From Mobula hypostoma (Eukaryota), in assembly GCF_963921235.1 (NCBI RefSeq), contig NC_086108.1:68326001-68390000 (forward strand): a DNA stretch of 64,000 nt, written 5' to 3'. Within the stretch, counting starts at the first letter, position 1. Each line of letters starts with the position of its first letter. The notes under the pieces were generated by a model that was not told the origin of the DNA, ran no database searches, and saw nothing but the letters and a program-made list of their open reading frames with translations. Below are positions 11,101 to 24,950 of this stretch, in pieces. The translations under genes were made by a program, and so were the position numbers.

Positions 11101-13529
11101 CAAACAAGCCATCAGGCTTGTTCTTCTGAATTTGTGGTTCTGTGAGATACCAGATATTCTGACAAGAACCTAAAGATCCAGAAGCAAGAAAGAATTGAAG
11201 TTGGTGGTCTCCTTGATGTGAAGTGACCAGGCCCAAAAGGGAGCAAGTCACCTTCTGATAAGCTGCAGTCTTTCTGCCACCATTTGACATGAGAAATATA
11301 GCTTACCAAAGCATTGCTGTTCTTGTATTTCAAGAAAACTTAACCTTTACCAGTAAACCAGTGAGACAATTAATGCTTCCAGCTAGTGCACTCATTTCTG
11401 CTTCACAGCTCAAATTTCTCAATGTCAAGCTGCTTCACCTGTTTTAGCTCATAGTGCTGCACATATTAATCCTTATCCAGGCTTCAATTAAGGCAACTAA
11501 ACCTCTACCTCTCCGAAAAATGTTTCAGAAAAGTTAAAATATCCAGAAAGTAAATTATCAAAAGTATTGTCAACAAATCCTTTATTATTATTATTAGCTG
11601 TTTTGACAGTAGCTACGAATATTATTCATTGCAGTATTTCCATGAACTCTAAACATGTTTTGTATTTTCTGTTTGCCTTCTTTTCTGTTGTGACACATGC
11701 AAAACGCATGGATATTGACCAAAACGTAAATGGTATTGAAATGTAGATCCTGTTGAGTGAAGAACCTGTATCTTCTCAGGAAATTGCATCATAATATAAC
11801 ATGGAAGACAATGGGTTGGAACAAGTGTTCTGATGTTCTTGGATTTTTGCTTGATTTAATCAAGTCACCAGCACCAAAATTCATAATTTTCCAGGTTACA
11901 TTTTCTGGTCATTCACTGCACTGAAGAAGATTATCAAAATAAATTATTCTCTATAACAGGTGAATTTATTATTTATTTTGATACTGGCAATATGAGATAA
12001 AACATATTTGGCAAGCCAAGTGTCTCTCAAACACCATGTCTAAAATACTTCAAACTAAAGAATTTAAAAGCCTTTGAGTTTCTATTTGCCAGACTTGGAA
12101 ACCATAATTTCCACACACATGTGGTACTCACACCAGAGCAGACACATAAGTGTATGTTGACAACAGCCAACTTCAGTTTGAAGAATGATTTTTTTGGCAT
12201 TTAACCAAAGGAAATGTAAAATACTCATAAATCTCCCACTATTTGTCCAGCCTATATTTTATAATTCAAGTTTATAGGCAATGAGGAGCCAATCAGACAG
12301 AATCTCAAGGATACATTTAGAACTGGGGGGGAGAATTTAAGGGGTAAGTTTTTCACTTATGTCGACTATGCTGCAGTCACAGAACTTGATTATCTTGGAG
12401 AGTCCAGAGGTAGGCGACCCTAAGACAATGAGATCTCAATTCCCTTGCAACGTTAGTTTATTAGAATGTGGAATAAAAATTTGCAGAAAACTTAAATCAG
12501 ATATTGCCGGAAAACATGGATGATAAACTGGTGAAACAACATGCCATCTTTGCATTAAATCTGAGATTTTGCAACCTGTAGTATGATATATGGTTTAAAT
12601 GTTATTATTAAAATGACTTCACTCAAATTAACATACTTTTATAATTAGTAAGCCAACACCTTTCAATAGTCCACACCTAATATACAGTAGATACCAGACA
12701 CTGCTAGTACTGAACATAAATGCAACATTGTCCTAGCAAGCTATGGATTTGAAGGGGAATAACTTTCATAAGTTTAGATTTACCACGTTTAAAACATACA
12801 TCAAACATTAAGTGATCCTTCTTAGGAAGCTCACAATATGATAAATTTACTGACATCTGCTGCATTCTATCTTCACCCCCATTTTCACTACCTTCAGAGG
12901 TGAAAAATCCTTCAGTTAAAATACAAAATAAATATTTAATATTTCAGCACTATATCAAGATTTTCAATCTATAATTTTGTCATAAGCAACAAAAATACAG
13001 TTAAAAGTATTTCAACAACCCTTCAAATACAAACCAGAGCTTTTAATATCAAATTAATAAATTAGTTACTCTATCAATAGAAAGATTTTCTTCCTGATTA
13101 CATCAGGTTACATGGGCACATAAAGTTGTTTTATCAACTTTAAAAATATATGGCCATTTAAAAGTATTGTACCAATAATAGACAGATGCCAATTTGCTCT
13201 AACAGTAACTGCTATGAATGTCATCTAATCATTAATAACTGGTTCAAAGTTACCCATACAAAATGAATGCTGAGAAATGTTTCATCATAATTTTAAAGGA
13301 ACTCAACAGGAAGATTATTGCCACCACATAGCCTGTCGCATGATACAATGAAAAAAAGCCATTTGGCCCATATGCATGCACTACCTCTTATCAGAGTAAT
13401 ACACTGCCACCACTGTAACCAATCCCCTCCCCATCTCCACTAATGCCCCTTTTCAGAACCTTCCAAACTTTCCTCATCACATCCAATTCCTATTGAACCT
13501 GTCACCACCACAGCTTTTAGATTTTAATT

Positions 13530-14515
13530 TAGACCCCAAGTATCCAGGATGCACAACTGCTCCCCTATACTGATCATCTTCAACACTGGTGGCCCCACGG
13601 CTGTGAGCTATATACTCGTCTCCCACACGACTGCATGGCTGAACACCCAAGAAATCATAGTGTCAAGTTTGTCGATGCCATGACAGAGGTGGGGCTCATC
13701 ACCAACAACAAAGAGATGGACTAGAGAAAGTGAAAGAGCTTGAGGCCTGGTCCCAGGCAATTAACCTTTTCTTCAATGTCAACAAGACAAAGGAGATGGT
13801 TATCAACTTCAGGAGAACTCACACCCTCCTTACATTGGCAGCACAGAAGTGAAACTGCAAGCAATTCCAGACTCCTGGGAGTTCACATCTCACACAACCT
13901 TTCATGATTCTACAGCATATCCTCCACAATCAAGAAAGCTCACCAAAGCCTCTACTTCCTGAGAAGGTTAAAGAGACCTGAACAATGCACTTCAATACTC
14001 ACAACTTTCTGCACATGTGCAGTAGAGAACATCCAAACATGCTGCATTATTGCATGGTACAGAAACTATACTGCGGTGGACAGGAAAGTTCTACAATGGG
14101 TAGTCAAAACTGCTGAATACATCACCAGCACCAGCCTATCCACTATCATGGACGTAAATACAGAAAGGTGCCAAACAAAGTCTAGCAATATCATGAAGGA
14201 TCCCACCCACCCTGTTCATGGATTGTTTATCTCACTCCCATTAGGAAGGAGCCGAAGCAGCATCCACACCAGGACCACCAGACTCAAAACATTAGTTTAC
14301 CTGAAGCAATAAAGCTGATCAACACTTCAACCCACTAACCCATCCCACCACCATTACTTCAGCATTTCCTTTCAGTCACCTTTTCATAGACACTCCTGCA
14401 GCTAGCATCACTTTATGTACATATAATCAATAAGGTACCATATGTATTTACATTTATCATGTTTTAAATTATTGTATTCTTTATCTTATTGTGTTATTTT
14501 ATGCTGCATCAGATC
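13530..14515 (+). mobile_element. Decayed Rex1/Babar-type LINE
   Basis: gtcaagtttgtcgatgcc (degenerate KFADD), aatgtcaacaagacaaaggagatgg, and the ORF DRKVLQWVVKTAEYIT...IMKDPTHPVHGLF. Confidence 0.8.
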
Positions 14516-14518
14516 TAC

Positions 14519-16221
14519 ATAGAACAGTACAGCACAGTACAGGCCCTTCGGCCCACAATGTTGTGCCGACCATCAAACCCTGCCTCCCATATAACTCCCC
14601 ACCTTAAATTCCTCCATATGCCTGTCTAGTAGTCTCTTAAATTTCACTAGTGTACCTGCATCCACCACTGACTCAGACAGTGTATTCCACGCACCAACCA
14701 CTCTCTGAGTAAAAAACCTTCCTCTAATATCCCCCTTGAACTTCCCACCCCTTACCTTAAAGTCCTCTTGTATTGAGCAGTGATGCCCTGGGGAAGAGGC
14801 GCTGGCTGTCCACTCTATCTACTCTTCTTAATATCTTGTATACCTCTATCATCTCTCCTCTCATCCTCCTTCTCTCCAAAGAGTAAAGCCCTAGCTCCCT
14901 TAACCTCTGATCATAATGCATACTCTCTAACCCAGGCAGCATCCTGCTAAATCTCCTCTGTACCCTTTCCAATGCTTCCACATCCTTCCTATAGTGAGGC
15001 GACCAGAACTGGACATAGTACTCCAAGTGTGGCCTAACCAGAGTTTTCTTGAGCTGCATCATTACTTTGTGACTCTTAAACTCTATCCCTCAACTTATGA
15101 AAGCTAACACCCTATAAGATTTCTTAACTACCCTATCTACCTGTGAGGCAACTTTCAGGGATCTGTGGACATGTACCACCAGATCCCTCTGCTCCTCCAC
15201 ACTACCAAGTATCCTGCCATTTACTTTGTACTCTGCCTTGGAGTTTGTCCTTCCAAAGTGTACCACTTCACACTTCTCCGGATTGAACTCCATCTGCCAC
15301 TTCTCATCCCACTTCTGCATCCTATCAATGTCTCTCTGCAATCTTTGACATTCCTCTACACTATCTACAACACCACCAACCTTTGTGTCGTCTGCAAACT
15401 TTCCAACCCACCCTTCTACCCCAACATCCAGGTCGTTAATAAAAATCACGAAAAGTAGAGGTCCCAGAACCAATCCTTGTGGGACACCACTAGTCACAAC
15501 TCTCCAATCCGAATGTACTCCCTCCACCACGACCCTTTGCTTTCTGCAGGCAAGCCAATTCTGAATCCACCTGGCCAAACTTCCCTGGATCCCATGCCTT
15601 CTGACTTTCTGAATAAGCCTACCATGTGGAACCTTGTCAAATGCCTTACTAAAATCCATGTAGATCACATCCACTGCACTACCCTCATCTATATGCCTGG
15701 TCACCTCCTCAAAGAACTCTATCAGGCTTGTTAGACACGATCTGCCCTTCACAAAGCCATGCTGACTGCCCCTGATCAGACCATGATTCTCTAAATGCCC
15801 AGAGATCCTATCTCTAAGAATCTTTTCCAACAGCTTTCCCACCACAGACGTAAGGCTCACTGGTCTATAATTACTCGGACTATCCCTACTACCTTTTTTG
15901 AACAAGGGGACAACATTCGCCTCCCTCCAATCCTCCGGTACCATTCCCGTGGACAACGAGGTCATAAAGATCCTAGCCAGACGCTCAGCAATCTCTTCCC
16001 TCGCCTCGTGGAGCAGCCTGGGGAATATTCCGTCAGGCCCCGGGGACTTATCTGTCCTAATGTATTTTAACAACTCCAACACCTCCTCTCCCTTAATATC
16101 AACATGCTCCAGAACATTAACCTCATTCATATTGTCCTCACCGTCAAGTTCCCTCTCATTGGTGAATACCAAACAGAAGTATTCATTGAGGACCTCACTC
16201 ACTTCCACAGCCTCTAGGCAC
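14519..16221 (-). mobile_element. Young 5'-truncated CR1 LINE with a nearly intact RT domain
   Basis: KSPGPDG, NYRPVSLTS, QHGF, YMDFSKAFDKVPH, GVPQGLVLGP and KFADD motifs; a single in-frame TGA at 15090-15092; 3' tail catagaacagtacagc at 14519. Confidence 0.95.
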
Positions 16222-17425
16222 ATTTGGATTTTCAGGAGGCCTTTGACAATGTGCCACACAAGGCTGCTTACCAAGTTAAGAGCCTGAGGTCTTACAGAAA
16301 TGTTACTGGCATGGTTAGAGCATTAGCTGATTGGTAGGAGTAGCGAGTGGGAACAAAAGGATCCTTGTCTGGTTGGCTTCCAGTGAACAGTGGTGTTCCT
16401 CAGGGGTTGGTGTTGGGACTCTTCTTTTTATGCTGTATGTCAATGATTTAGATGATGAAATAGATGGCTTTGTTGCCCAATTTGCAGATAATAACAGGAT
16501 CGGTGGAGGGGCAGGTAGTGTTGAGGAAATAGGCAGACTGCAGGACTTAGACAGATTAGGAGAATGAGCAAGAAAGTGGCAATTGAAATACAATGTTGGA
16601 AAATCCATGGTCATGCACTTTGGTAGAAGAATAAATGTGCAGACTATTTTCTAAACAGGGAGAAAATCCAAAAATCTGAGATACAAAGGGACTTGGGAAT
16701 TCTTGTGCAGAATACCCTAAAGGTTAACTTGCGGGTTGAGTCAGTGGTGAGAAAGGCAAATGTAATGTTAGCATTCATTTCAAGAGGTCTAGAATCTAAG
16801 AACAGGGATGTAATGCTGAGACTTTGTAAGCACTGGTGAAGCCTCAGCTAGAGTATTCTGAACAGTTTTGGGCTCCTTATCTAAGAAAAGATGTGCAGGC
16901 ATTTGAGAGGATTCAAAGGAAGTTCACAAGGATGATTCCAGGAATGAAAGGGTTATCATATGAGGAACATTTGATGGCTCTGGGCCTGTACTCACCAGAA
17001 TTTAGAAGGATGAGGAGGGATCTCATTGAAACCTTTTGAATGTTGAAAGGCCTAGATAGAGTAGATGTGGAAAGTATGTTGCCCCTGGTGGGGGGGGGTC
17101 TAGGATAAGAGGGCACAGCCTCATGATAGAGGGGCATCCATTTAAAACAGAGATGCGGAGTAATTTCTTTAGCCAGAAAGCGGTGAATTCAGGGAATTTC
17201 TTACCACAGGCAGCTGTGGAGGCCAGGTCATTTGGTGTATTTAAGGTGGAGATTGATAGGTTCTTGATTGGCCATGGCATCAAAGGTTACAGGGAGAAGG
17301 CTAAGGAATGGGGCTGGTGGGGCGGGGGAGGGGGGGGAGGGGGGGGAGAGGATCAGCCATAGTTGAATGACCAAGCAGACTCTGTGGGCCAAATGGTCTA
17401 ATTCTGCTCCTATGTCTCATGGTTT
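16222..17425 (+). mobile_element. 5'-truncated CR1 LINE (second subfamily)
   Basis: LYVNDLDDEIDGFVAQFADN and LEYSEQFWAPYLRKD motifs; typical 3' end aattctgctcctatgtctcatggt. Confidence 0.9.
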
Positions 17426-17640
17426 GATGATGGATGCTATTTTCTTGTGGCAGTGCTCTTTGTAAATATGCTCAATGTGGGGAGGGCTTTGCCTGTGATG
17501 GACTGGGCTGTATCCACCACTTTCTGTAGACTTTTCTGTTCCTGGGCATTGGTGTTTCCATACAAGACCATGATGCAACCAGCTAGGATAATCTTCACTG
17601 TGCATCAATAAAAGTCTGTCACAGTTTTAGATGATATGCC
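17426..17640 (-). mobile_element. Rex1/Babar-type LINE fragment
   Basis: Similar to 40590-40800; encodes EHCHKKIASIIK. Confidence 0.7.
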
Positions 17641-18309
17641 TTTTCTTTAGGATCTGTAGAATCATCCTAATTGACTACCAGGTTCCTCAGACCTACTACT
17701 CCAATATCTTGGCCTAATTTATTCAGACTATATTAGCATTGTAAATTGGAAGAGTTCAAACAAGTCTAAGAAATAAAGTTAACCCAACATCATTGAATGA
17801 GCAAAACCTACCCATTTCTGTAGTAGAGGAAGAAAACAAAAAAGGCTCTGCAATAAAACTCAAAGCTAAGTAAATGTATGGAACTCAGAAATATTCCTAA
17901 GTGCGGCCTAAGACATTCTGATCTACATGGTGTGATAGAGCCAATGCAGAATATTAGAAAGATATAGAACATGAAATGGTTAATGCAGTACTCATCATTT
18001 GCCAAAATATCCCCAATTAACAAACTACACCTTTGGAAAGGAATAGTTTCATAATCCTAGAACTATATGAACTCACAAAGGAAATCTTATGGCAATTATT
18101 CTCGAGTACAGTGACTTTTCATGTTTCCATTCCATGGTTTAATTTTGAATGTAAAGTTAATCATGTCAATTCAGAGTAATTCCCTAAAATTAATTTAGAT
18201 AATTACAGCTTTTATTCATTCTTCTTCTATTACTGTTTCTATTTGCTCATTTATTCCTCTGATAACTTATAGTAGTAAATAATATTTTTTATTTCATTTT
18301 TAACTCAGA

Positions 18310-20110
18310 ATCATAGACTCAGAGAAAACTACAGCACAGAAACAGGCTCTTCAGCCCATCTCATCCATGCCGAACTATTATGCTGCCTAGTCCCATCAAT
18401 CTGAACCTAGACCATAGTCCTCCCATCCATGTACCAATCCAAATTTCTCTTAAATATTGAAGTCAAACACACATCTACCATATCCGCTGGCAGCTCATTC
18501 CACACTCGTATCACCTTCTAAGTGAAGAAGCTCCCTCTAACATTCTCCTTAAACATTTCACCCTTTACCTTCTACCCATGACCCCTAGCTCTAGTCTCAT
18601 CCAACCTCAGAGGAAAAAGCCTGCTTGCATTTACCTTATCTATACCATACCCCTCAAAATTTTTTTTGGACTTCTATAAAATCTTCCCTCATTCTCCTAC
18701 GCTCCAGAAAATTAAGTCTAACCTATTCAACCTTTCCTTATAACTCAGGTCCTCAGGTTTCCAGCAACATCCTTGTAAGTTTTCTCCAAACTCTTTCAAT
18801 CTTCTTGATATCTTTCCTATAGGTCAGTGCCCAGAACTGCACACAATACTCGCAAATTAGGCCTTACCAACATCTTATACAACTTCAACATAACATCCCA
18901 ACTACTGCACTTAATATTTTGATTTATGAAGGCCAGCATGCCAAAAGCTGTTTTATGACCCTCTCCACCCATGACGTCACTTTCCCAGATCCCTCTGTTC
19001 TACCATATTCCTCAGTGCCCTAACACTCACCATGTAAGACCTACCTTGGTTTGTTCTCCCAAAGTGCAACACTTTATACTCATCTGCAATAAATGCCATC
19101 TGCCATTTTTCAGCCAGTCCAGATCCCTCTACAAGCTTTCTTAGCTGTCCACTATGCCCCCAATCTTCAGACACCTCACTCGTGGATAAGGCCATTTTAA
19201 ATACCTCTGCTTGGGTCCCTGCAATTTCTGCACTAGCCTCCCAGAAGGTCTGAGGGAACACCTTATCAAGCCCTGGGGATTTATCTACCCTGATTTGTCT
19301 CAAGACAGCAAGCACCTCCTCCTCTGTAATCTGTATATAGTCCATGACCGCACTGTTGTATTGCCATATTTCTATAGTCTGTGTCCATCTATTGTGTAAA
19401 TACACATGCAAAAAATCCATTTAAGATCTCCCCCATCTCTTTTGGCTCCATGCATAGATGAGCATTCTGATGTCAAGAGACTAACTTTGTCTCTTGCTAT
19501 TCTTTTTCTCTTAATATATCTGTAGAAGCCCTTGGGATTCTCCTTCAACATTGTCTGCTAGAGCATCCTCATACATTCTTTTAGCCATGTTGATTTCCTT
19601 CTTCAGTGTTCTCTTGTATTTCTTATACTCAAGTACCTCATTTGTCCCTTCCTGCCTGTACCTGCTATGTACCTCCTTCTTCTTCTTAACCAGGACCTCA
19701 ATATCTCTCAAAAACCAAGGTTTCCTAAAGCTGGTACCATTGCCTTTAATTCTGACAGTAACATACAAACTCTGTATTCTCAAAATTACACTTTTGAAGG
19801 CCTCCTACTTACCAAGAACGCCTTTGCCAAAAAACAACCATCCCAATCCACACTTGCTAGATCCTTTCTGATAGCATTAAAATTGGCCTTTCTCTAATTT
19901 CGAGTCTCAACATGAGGACCAGACTATCCTTCTCCATAATTATCTTGAAACTAATAGCATCCTGATCACTGGATTCAAAGTGTTCCCCCACACACACTTC
20001 AGTCACATGCCCTGTCTCATTCCCCAACAGAAGATACAATATCATACTTTCTCTAGTTGGAACCTCTATATATTGATGGTGGAAACTTTCTTGAACACAT
20101 TTGACAAACT
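18310..20110 (-). mobile_element. CR1 LINE with internal deletions
   Basis: 3' tail catagactcagag...acagcacagaaacagg; IRVDKSPGLD, RKPWFLRDIE and EHFESSDQDAISF motifs. Confidence 0.9.
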
Positions 20111-20444
20111 CATAATTTAAAAAATTGCAAAATCCATTTTAAAGAATTTGAGGACATTTGAATACTGATAGAAGTGTATGATGGCAATATATTTAATTAA
20201 CTCAATCATACATTTTGATTTAACTGCAACTTTTAAAATGGAGATATTAAACAGATTAATCAAAAATAACATCTGTTGTGTACAGTTAAAAAATGCTAGC
20301 TTCTTAGTTTATGTTATGTGACTTAGTAACTGAGGGACAATTAGTAAAATTATGGGCAGCAATGAATTGGTGGTATTGTTTATTATTTCCAATTTAAATG
20401 CAATATCTTAGAGCAAACAAGATTAAATGTTTTGCATAAATGAT

Positions 20445-20785
20445 TTCTCCTTCTGGTAAAAAAAAATTCTTCCCCCTTCCCTTTTCTTCTATTCCCCACT
20501 CTGACTACTTACATCTTCTCAGCTGCATCCTCCTCCTTCTCTTTATCCTCTCCTCTCCTATTAAATTCCTTAATATCTAGCCCTTTACCTTTCCCACCCA
20601 CCTGACTTCACCTATCACCACACCCGGCTATCCTTCTTCCCTCCCCCTATCTTTTCATTCTGGCATTTTCCCTCTTCCTTTCAATCCTAAAGAAGGATCT
20701 CAGCCTGAAACATTGACTGTTCATTCATTTCCATGGATGCTGCCTGACCTGAAAATTTCCTTTAGCATTTTGTGTATGTTGTTTT
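20445..20785 (+). mobile_element. Penelope-like terminal repeat with decayed hammerhead (20683-20719)
   Basis: Pyrimidine-rich tract followed by aatc-ctaaaga-aggatctcagcct-gaaacatt-gactg and gatgctgcctgacctg. Confidence 0.75.
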
Positions 20786-20994
20786 GCATAATTTTTATAA
20801 AATCAAGAAGCACTCAATTTTACCAAATGACATTAACAACTACAAAAAAACAAAAACAATGCTGAAAAATTCAAGCCCTAACTATACAGTGCTCTGCATT
20901 GTAAAGTTTCCTTTTATCTCGGATACTTGGCCTCAACTATTATGGACATCAGACAATAATCTAATGCACATTGAAAATGAGCACTAACCCAGTA

Positions 20995-21210
20995 ATGATC
21001 CTGACCTCTAGTGCTATCTGCATCTCCATGACAAAGTGGTTTCCTCCGGGTGCTCTGGTTTTCTTCTATATCCCAATGATATGCTGTTAGGTTAATAAAC
21101 TACTATAAATTATATCTTAGTGTAAATTAATGGTCAACGAAATCGAGGAGAGTTGATGAGTACAGTATGTGTAGAAGAGAATGTTTCAAAGGTACAGGAA
21201 AATAAGGAGG
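20995..21210 (+). mobile_element. Decayed V-SINE (HE1-like)
   Basis: gtttcctccgggtgctctggttttcttctatatcccaa...taggttaat. Confidence 0.55.
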
Positions 21211-21379
21211 CAACAAATCAAACAAATAGGTTTGTTCCCAATGAACCAAACAGCTTCCTTCCATGTTGTTTTAAGTATAACGTATGTTACTTTAATAGGG
21301 AAATTTATAATACAGAACACCATATGGTTGGAGCCTGATTTTTTTCAGCTTTTTTTAAACAGGAAGATAAATTGCACAA

Positions 21380-22985
21380 GGGTGATGCTTTCCCAAGACT
21401 AAGGCTGAAAAATGCTAGCAAAGGATAACTAGGGATTAAGGAGGGAACATGTGCCTGGGAGCAGAAGATATGGGAGGGGTCCTAAATAGGGATATTGCAT
21501 CAGTATTTTCCAAAAATGTGATTGAGGATAGGGACATCAGCATGAAGTGTGCTAATTTGCTAGTGGTTTTTGAAGTAAAGGAGGTAGCATTGCGTCTCCT
21601 AAAGAACATTTATGATGACAAGTCCACAAAGCCTAATGGGATATATCCTAGGTTATTGAGATAGGCAAGGGCTGAGATTGCTGGGGCCTTGACCAATACA
21701 TTTGTGTCCACTCTAGGCACAGGAAAGATTCCAAACAACTGGAGAGTAGCTAATGTTGATCCATTATTCAAGAAGTCAAATAGGGATAATTCAGGAAACT
21801 AGACCAATAAGTCTCATGTCAGTGGCAGGGAAGTTACTGGAGAGGAATCTTCAGGATAGAAGTTATGAGTATCTGGAAAAGCATGGTCTAATTAGGGACA
21901 GCATAGCTTTGTGCAGAGCAAGTTGTGTCTTACTAACTTGATTTAATATTTCGTTGGGGTAATGAAGGTGATTGATAAAGATGGAGCGATAAATGTTATC
22001 TACATGGATTTTAGTAAGGCATTTAACAAAGTGCCTCATGGGAGGCTCATCTAGATCCCATGAGGTTTGGATTGTCTGTTTGGATTCAGAATGGGCAGAG
22101 AGCAGTAGTCAATGGGACTTACTCTGGTTGGAGGTCTGTGACTATTGGTGTTCCAAAGTGATCCATACTGGGACTCTGTAGTTGGTGATATATATATAAA
22201 TGACCTGGATAAAAATTTAGATAGGTAGGTTAGTAAGTTTACAAATAATATGAAAATTACTGGTGCTGTGGATAGTATAGAAGGCTGCCAAAGGATAGAG
22301 TTCTCTATGGATAACGCCAAGACCCATAACAGTGTTGATGTGGAGAGAGATCTTGGGGTCAAAATCTATAGCTTGATTGTACAATAAAGGAGGCATATGA
22401 CATGCTTTCCTATATTAGTCGAGGAATTGAATTCAAGAATTAGTAGGTTATAATGAAACGTTATAAAACTCTATTTAAGATGCATCTGGAGTCTTGCATT
22501 CAGTTTTGGCCATCACATTATAGAAAGGACATCAAAGCAGAAGTAGTTTATCAGGATGCTACTTGGATTCAAGAGCGTGTAAGGAGAAGTTAAACAAACT
22601 TGTGTTGTTTACTCTAGTGGCAGAAACTGAGGGGAGATCTGATCAAAATTTGATAATGAGAGGCATAGATAGAGTAGACAACTAATGTATTTTTCCCAGA
22701 TTTAGAATATCTAATAACAGAGGGCATGTTTTTTAGGTGAGTAGGAGTATGTTTAAAGGAGATGTGAGGGGCAAGTTTTTCCTCCCACACAATGGGGGAT
22801 TCTAGAATACCTGATGGAGGTCAGTGGTGGAGGCAGGTAGGACAGAGGTGTTCAAGAGCCTCATAGATGGCAAATGGAAGTAGATGGACATTGTGCAGAC
22901 AAAAGGGATTAACTTAGTTGGGTTTTTGATTACTATTTAGTTTGGCACAACATTGTGAAATGAAGGGCCTGGTCCTTAGCTGTTT
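21380..22985 (+). mobile_element. Decayed CR1 LINE (RT to 3' end)
   Basis: DKSTKPNGIYPRLLR and RPISLMSVAGKLLE motifs, tacatggattttagtaaggcattt; many stops and frameshifts. Confidence 0.9.
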
Positions 22986-23394
22986 AAATGTTTTGTTAAA
23001 TGAAAATGGCACATAAATTTATATCAGCCAAAATATACATACCAGCACACAAAACTGATGTATTGTCAATTTTAGATTCATTTAAAGAAGGCCACTTTCG
23101 TGTATTTAAAAACAATGCACACCAACACCGAGAACATAACAAGCTGAACAGAATAAGCTGTTAGATTGAATATGCACGAACTTGAGAAATACACTGGTAT
23201 GTAGATAAACATCTTTTTCAGTCTTAGGGACACTGATATCTCATCATAATAACAGAAGTGAACTATTTTTTGTTTACAATGCTTTTGTCATTTCTTTAAT
23301 TGGAAAATGTTACCAGACTGAACTGTTAAATATGGTTTCGCATTGATACTGTGCTAACCAACTAATTTTTTACATCTCGATAGCAGAGTCAAAC

Positions 23395-24950
23395 AAAATC
23401 GGCTGCTGTTTCCAAATTTTGCGGGAAAAGCACAGGAATACAGATCAGACACCGCACCAAGAATTAACAACCCGAGATAAGCAATTTTTACGGACCAGAA
23501 TCATTTCTCATGCCCACCATTTCAATCTCAGAATTCCCAGATTTATCCTTAACCACGCTGAGTTAAGTTGGTTACCCTGGTTACTGCGGCAGCAGTGAGG
23601 GGAGGTTGGGGTTAGGGAAAGAGTTAGTTTGTGTTGCAAGCGTTTGGCCTCAGGCATGGAACAGGCGACCGTTATAACCCGGCCAGACCCGCCAACCCCC
23701 ACCTCCCTTTCCGACCAGCACACTTAATGCCATTGCCCAGCAGAGTGCAAACCAATGCTCAGTTCCATAAGGCAGCAACCCCGGGAATCATCTTTATGCA
23801 AATTGCTAAAAAAAATTGATTGAACTTTTTTATATGTAAAAATATTTAAGTGGATAAAAACATGCCAGTGCGTTGTTACTTCCTTCTGCATCCGCGTGGC
23901 TGCAAGTAGCATTGCAGTTTAAATGATTGGTGGGGTGGGGCACCTGGTGTGCGAAGGCTCCAGCAAATTTTTGTTACATTTAATTTCGCTTAGTTTCCCG
24001 CTGCTTTAAACTAAAGCTATGCAAAGATAGTGAGAAGGATGCGTTAAAAAAGTCCGGTAAATTTAAACGATTAATAACCGTATTTTTGATATTTTAGGTG
24101 TATCTTTGAAACAAAGCATAGCAAAAGTGATTTGAGAGGTGTGCTAAAAGTTTGAGAAGTTTTAATTCAAGACCTGCAGGTACATCGCATCCATGCTTTA
24201 AAGAACCGTTTATATTAATTGTAGGTGCTTCGAAGTATTGATTCTTACAGAGAAAACATTAAAATTCAACGAGACTTAGTTTGCACCTGTCAACTAAGTT
24301 CGGTGTGTGGAATGGTAAACTGTTTACATTCTATCAAAATTGTTGAAGAACTGAGTAGCAATTGAAAAGTAAATTTAACCACTTTTATTGGCTTTTAAAG
24401 TTGTGTTTTATTAAAACTTAGAGTGTAGATGAGAGTTTTGAGGTGCATTTATTTAATGGAGTATTTTAGCTCAGTTCAGCCAGTTTTTTTATCAGTTATT
24501 TATGAATTTGCCTGGAAATAGTCGTAACATAAGGATAATTCATTTCCCTTTGTACAAAATGAAGTTGGTTCTTTCGGGATTAGTGCAAATTATTTTTCAC
24601 TTAAGTGGGGCAATGTGATTGAATGTAAAATGCCAAACGCTCCCACATCAATCATATATATGATCCCCCAATTACTTTTAGACCTATGAATTTGAATGGA
24701 TGAAAATCCCATCCTAATTAACTCGTTTTTGTCAATGCTTACCCGTAAATTACTACACAACCGCCAAAATTCCTGAGATTTGGCGCCAAATCTGAGAAAA
24801 CACGGGGCGAAATCGCCTCGATGGGGAATGTAGCAATAAGAATTTCGGATATGGTAATTGTTCACGTAAGGAATCTCAAGTTGCTGCATGTTACTTTGCG
24901 TTAATAATGTCTTTATTCCTTTAAATATGGCTTTGTGTAATTGCGTTTAG
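23395..24950. promoter_or_regulatory. Orphan CpG-retaining unique region; candidate promoter or enhancer
   Basis: Elevated CpG with no TE similarity noticed; E2F-type GCGGGAAA (23421-28), TTTCCCGC (23994-24001), CCGCCAAAA (24761-69) and TTTGGCGCCAAA (24779-90); octamer ATGCAAAT (23796-803); CCAAT (23752) and ATTGG (23926). Confidence 0.5.

Noticed and set aside
15090..16274. 394-aa ORF as a host or domesticated RT gene
   Set aside because: It is a truncated CR1 ORF2; its first residues come from the antisense strand of the neighbouring CR1, and it ends at a premature stop.
20998..21018. CTCF-like motif (ctgacctctagtgct)
   Set aside because: It falls in a decayed V-SINE head. Other CTCF-like strings near 56675 and 59285 deviate in the core.
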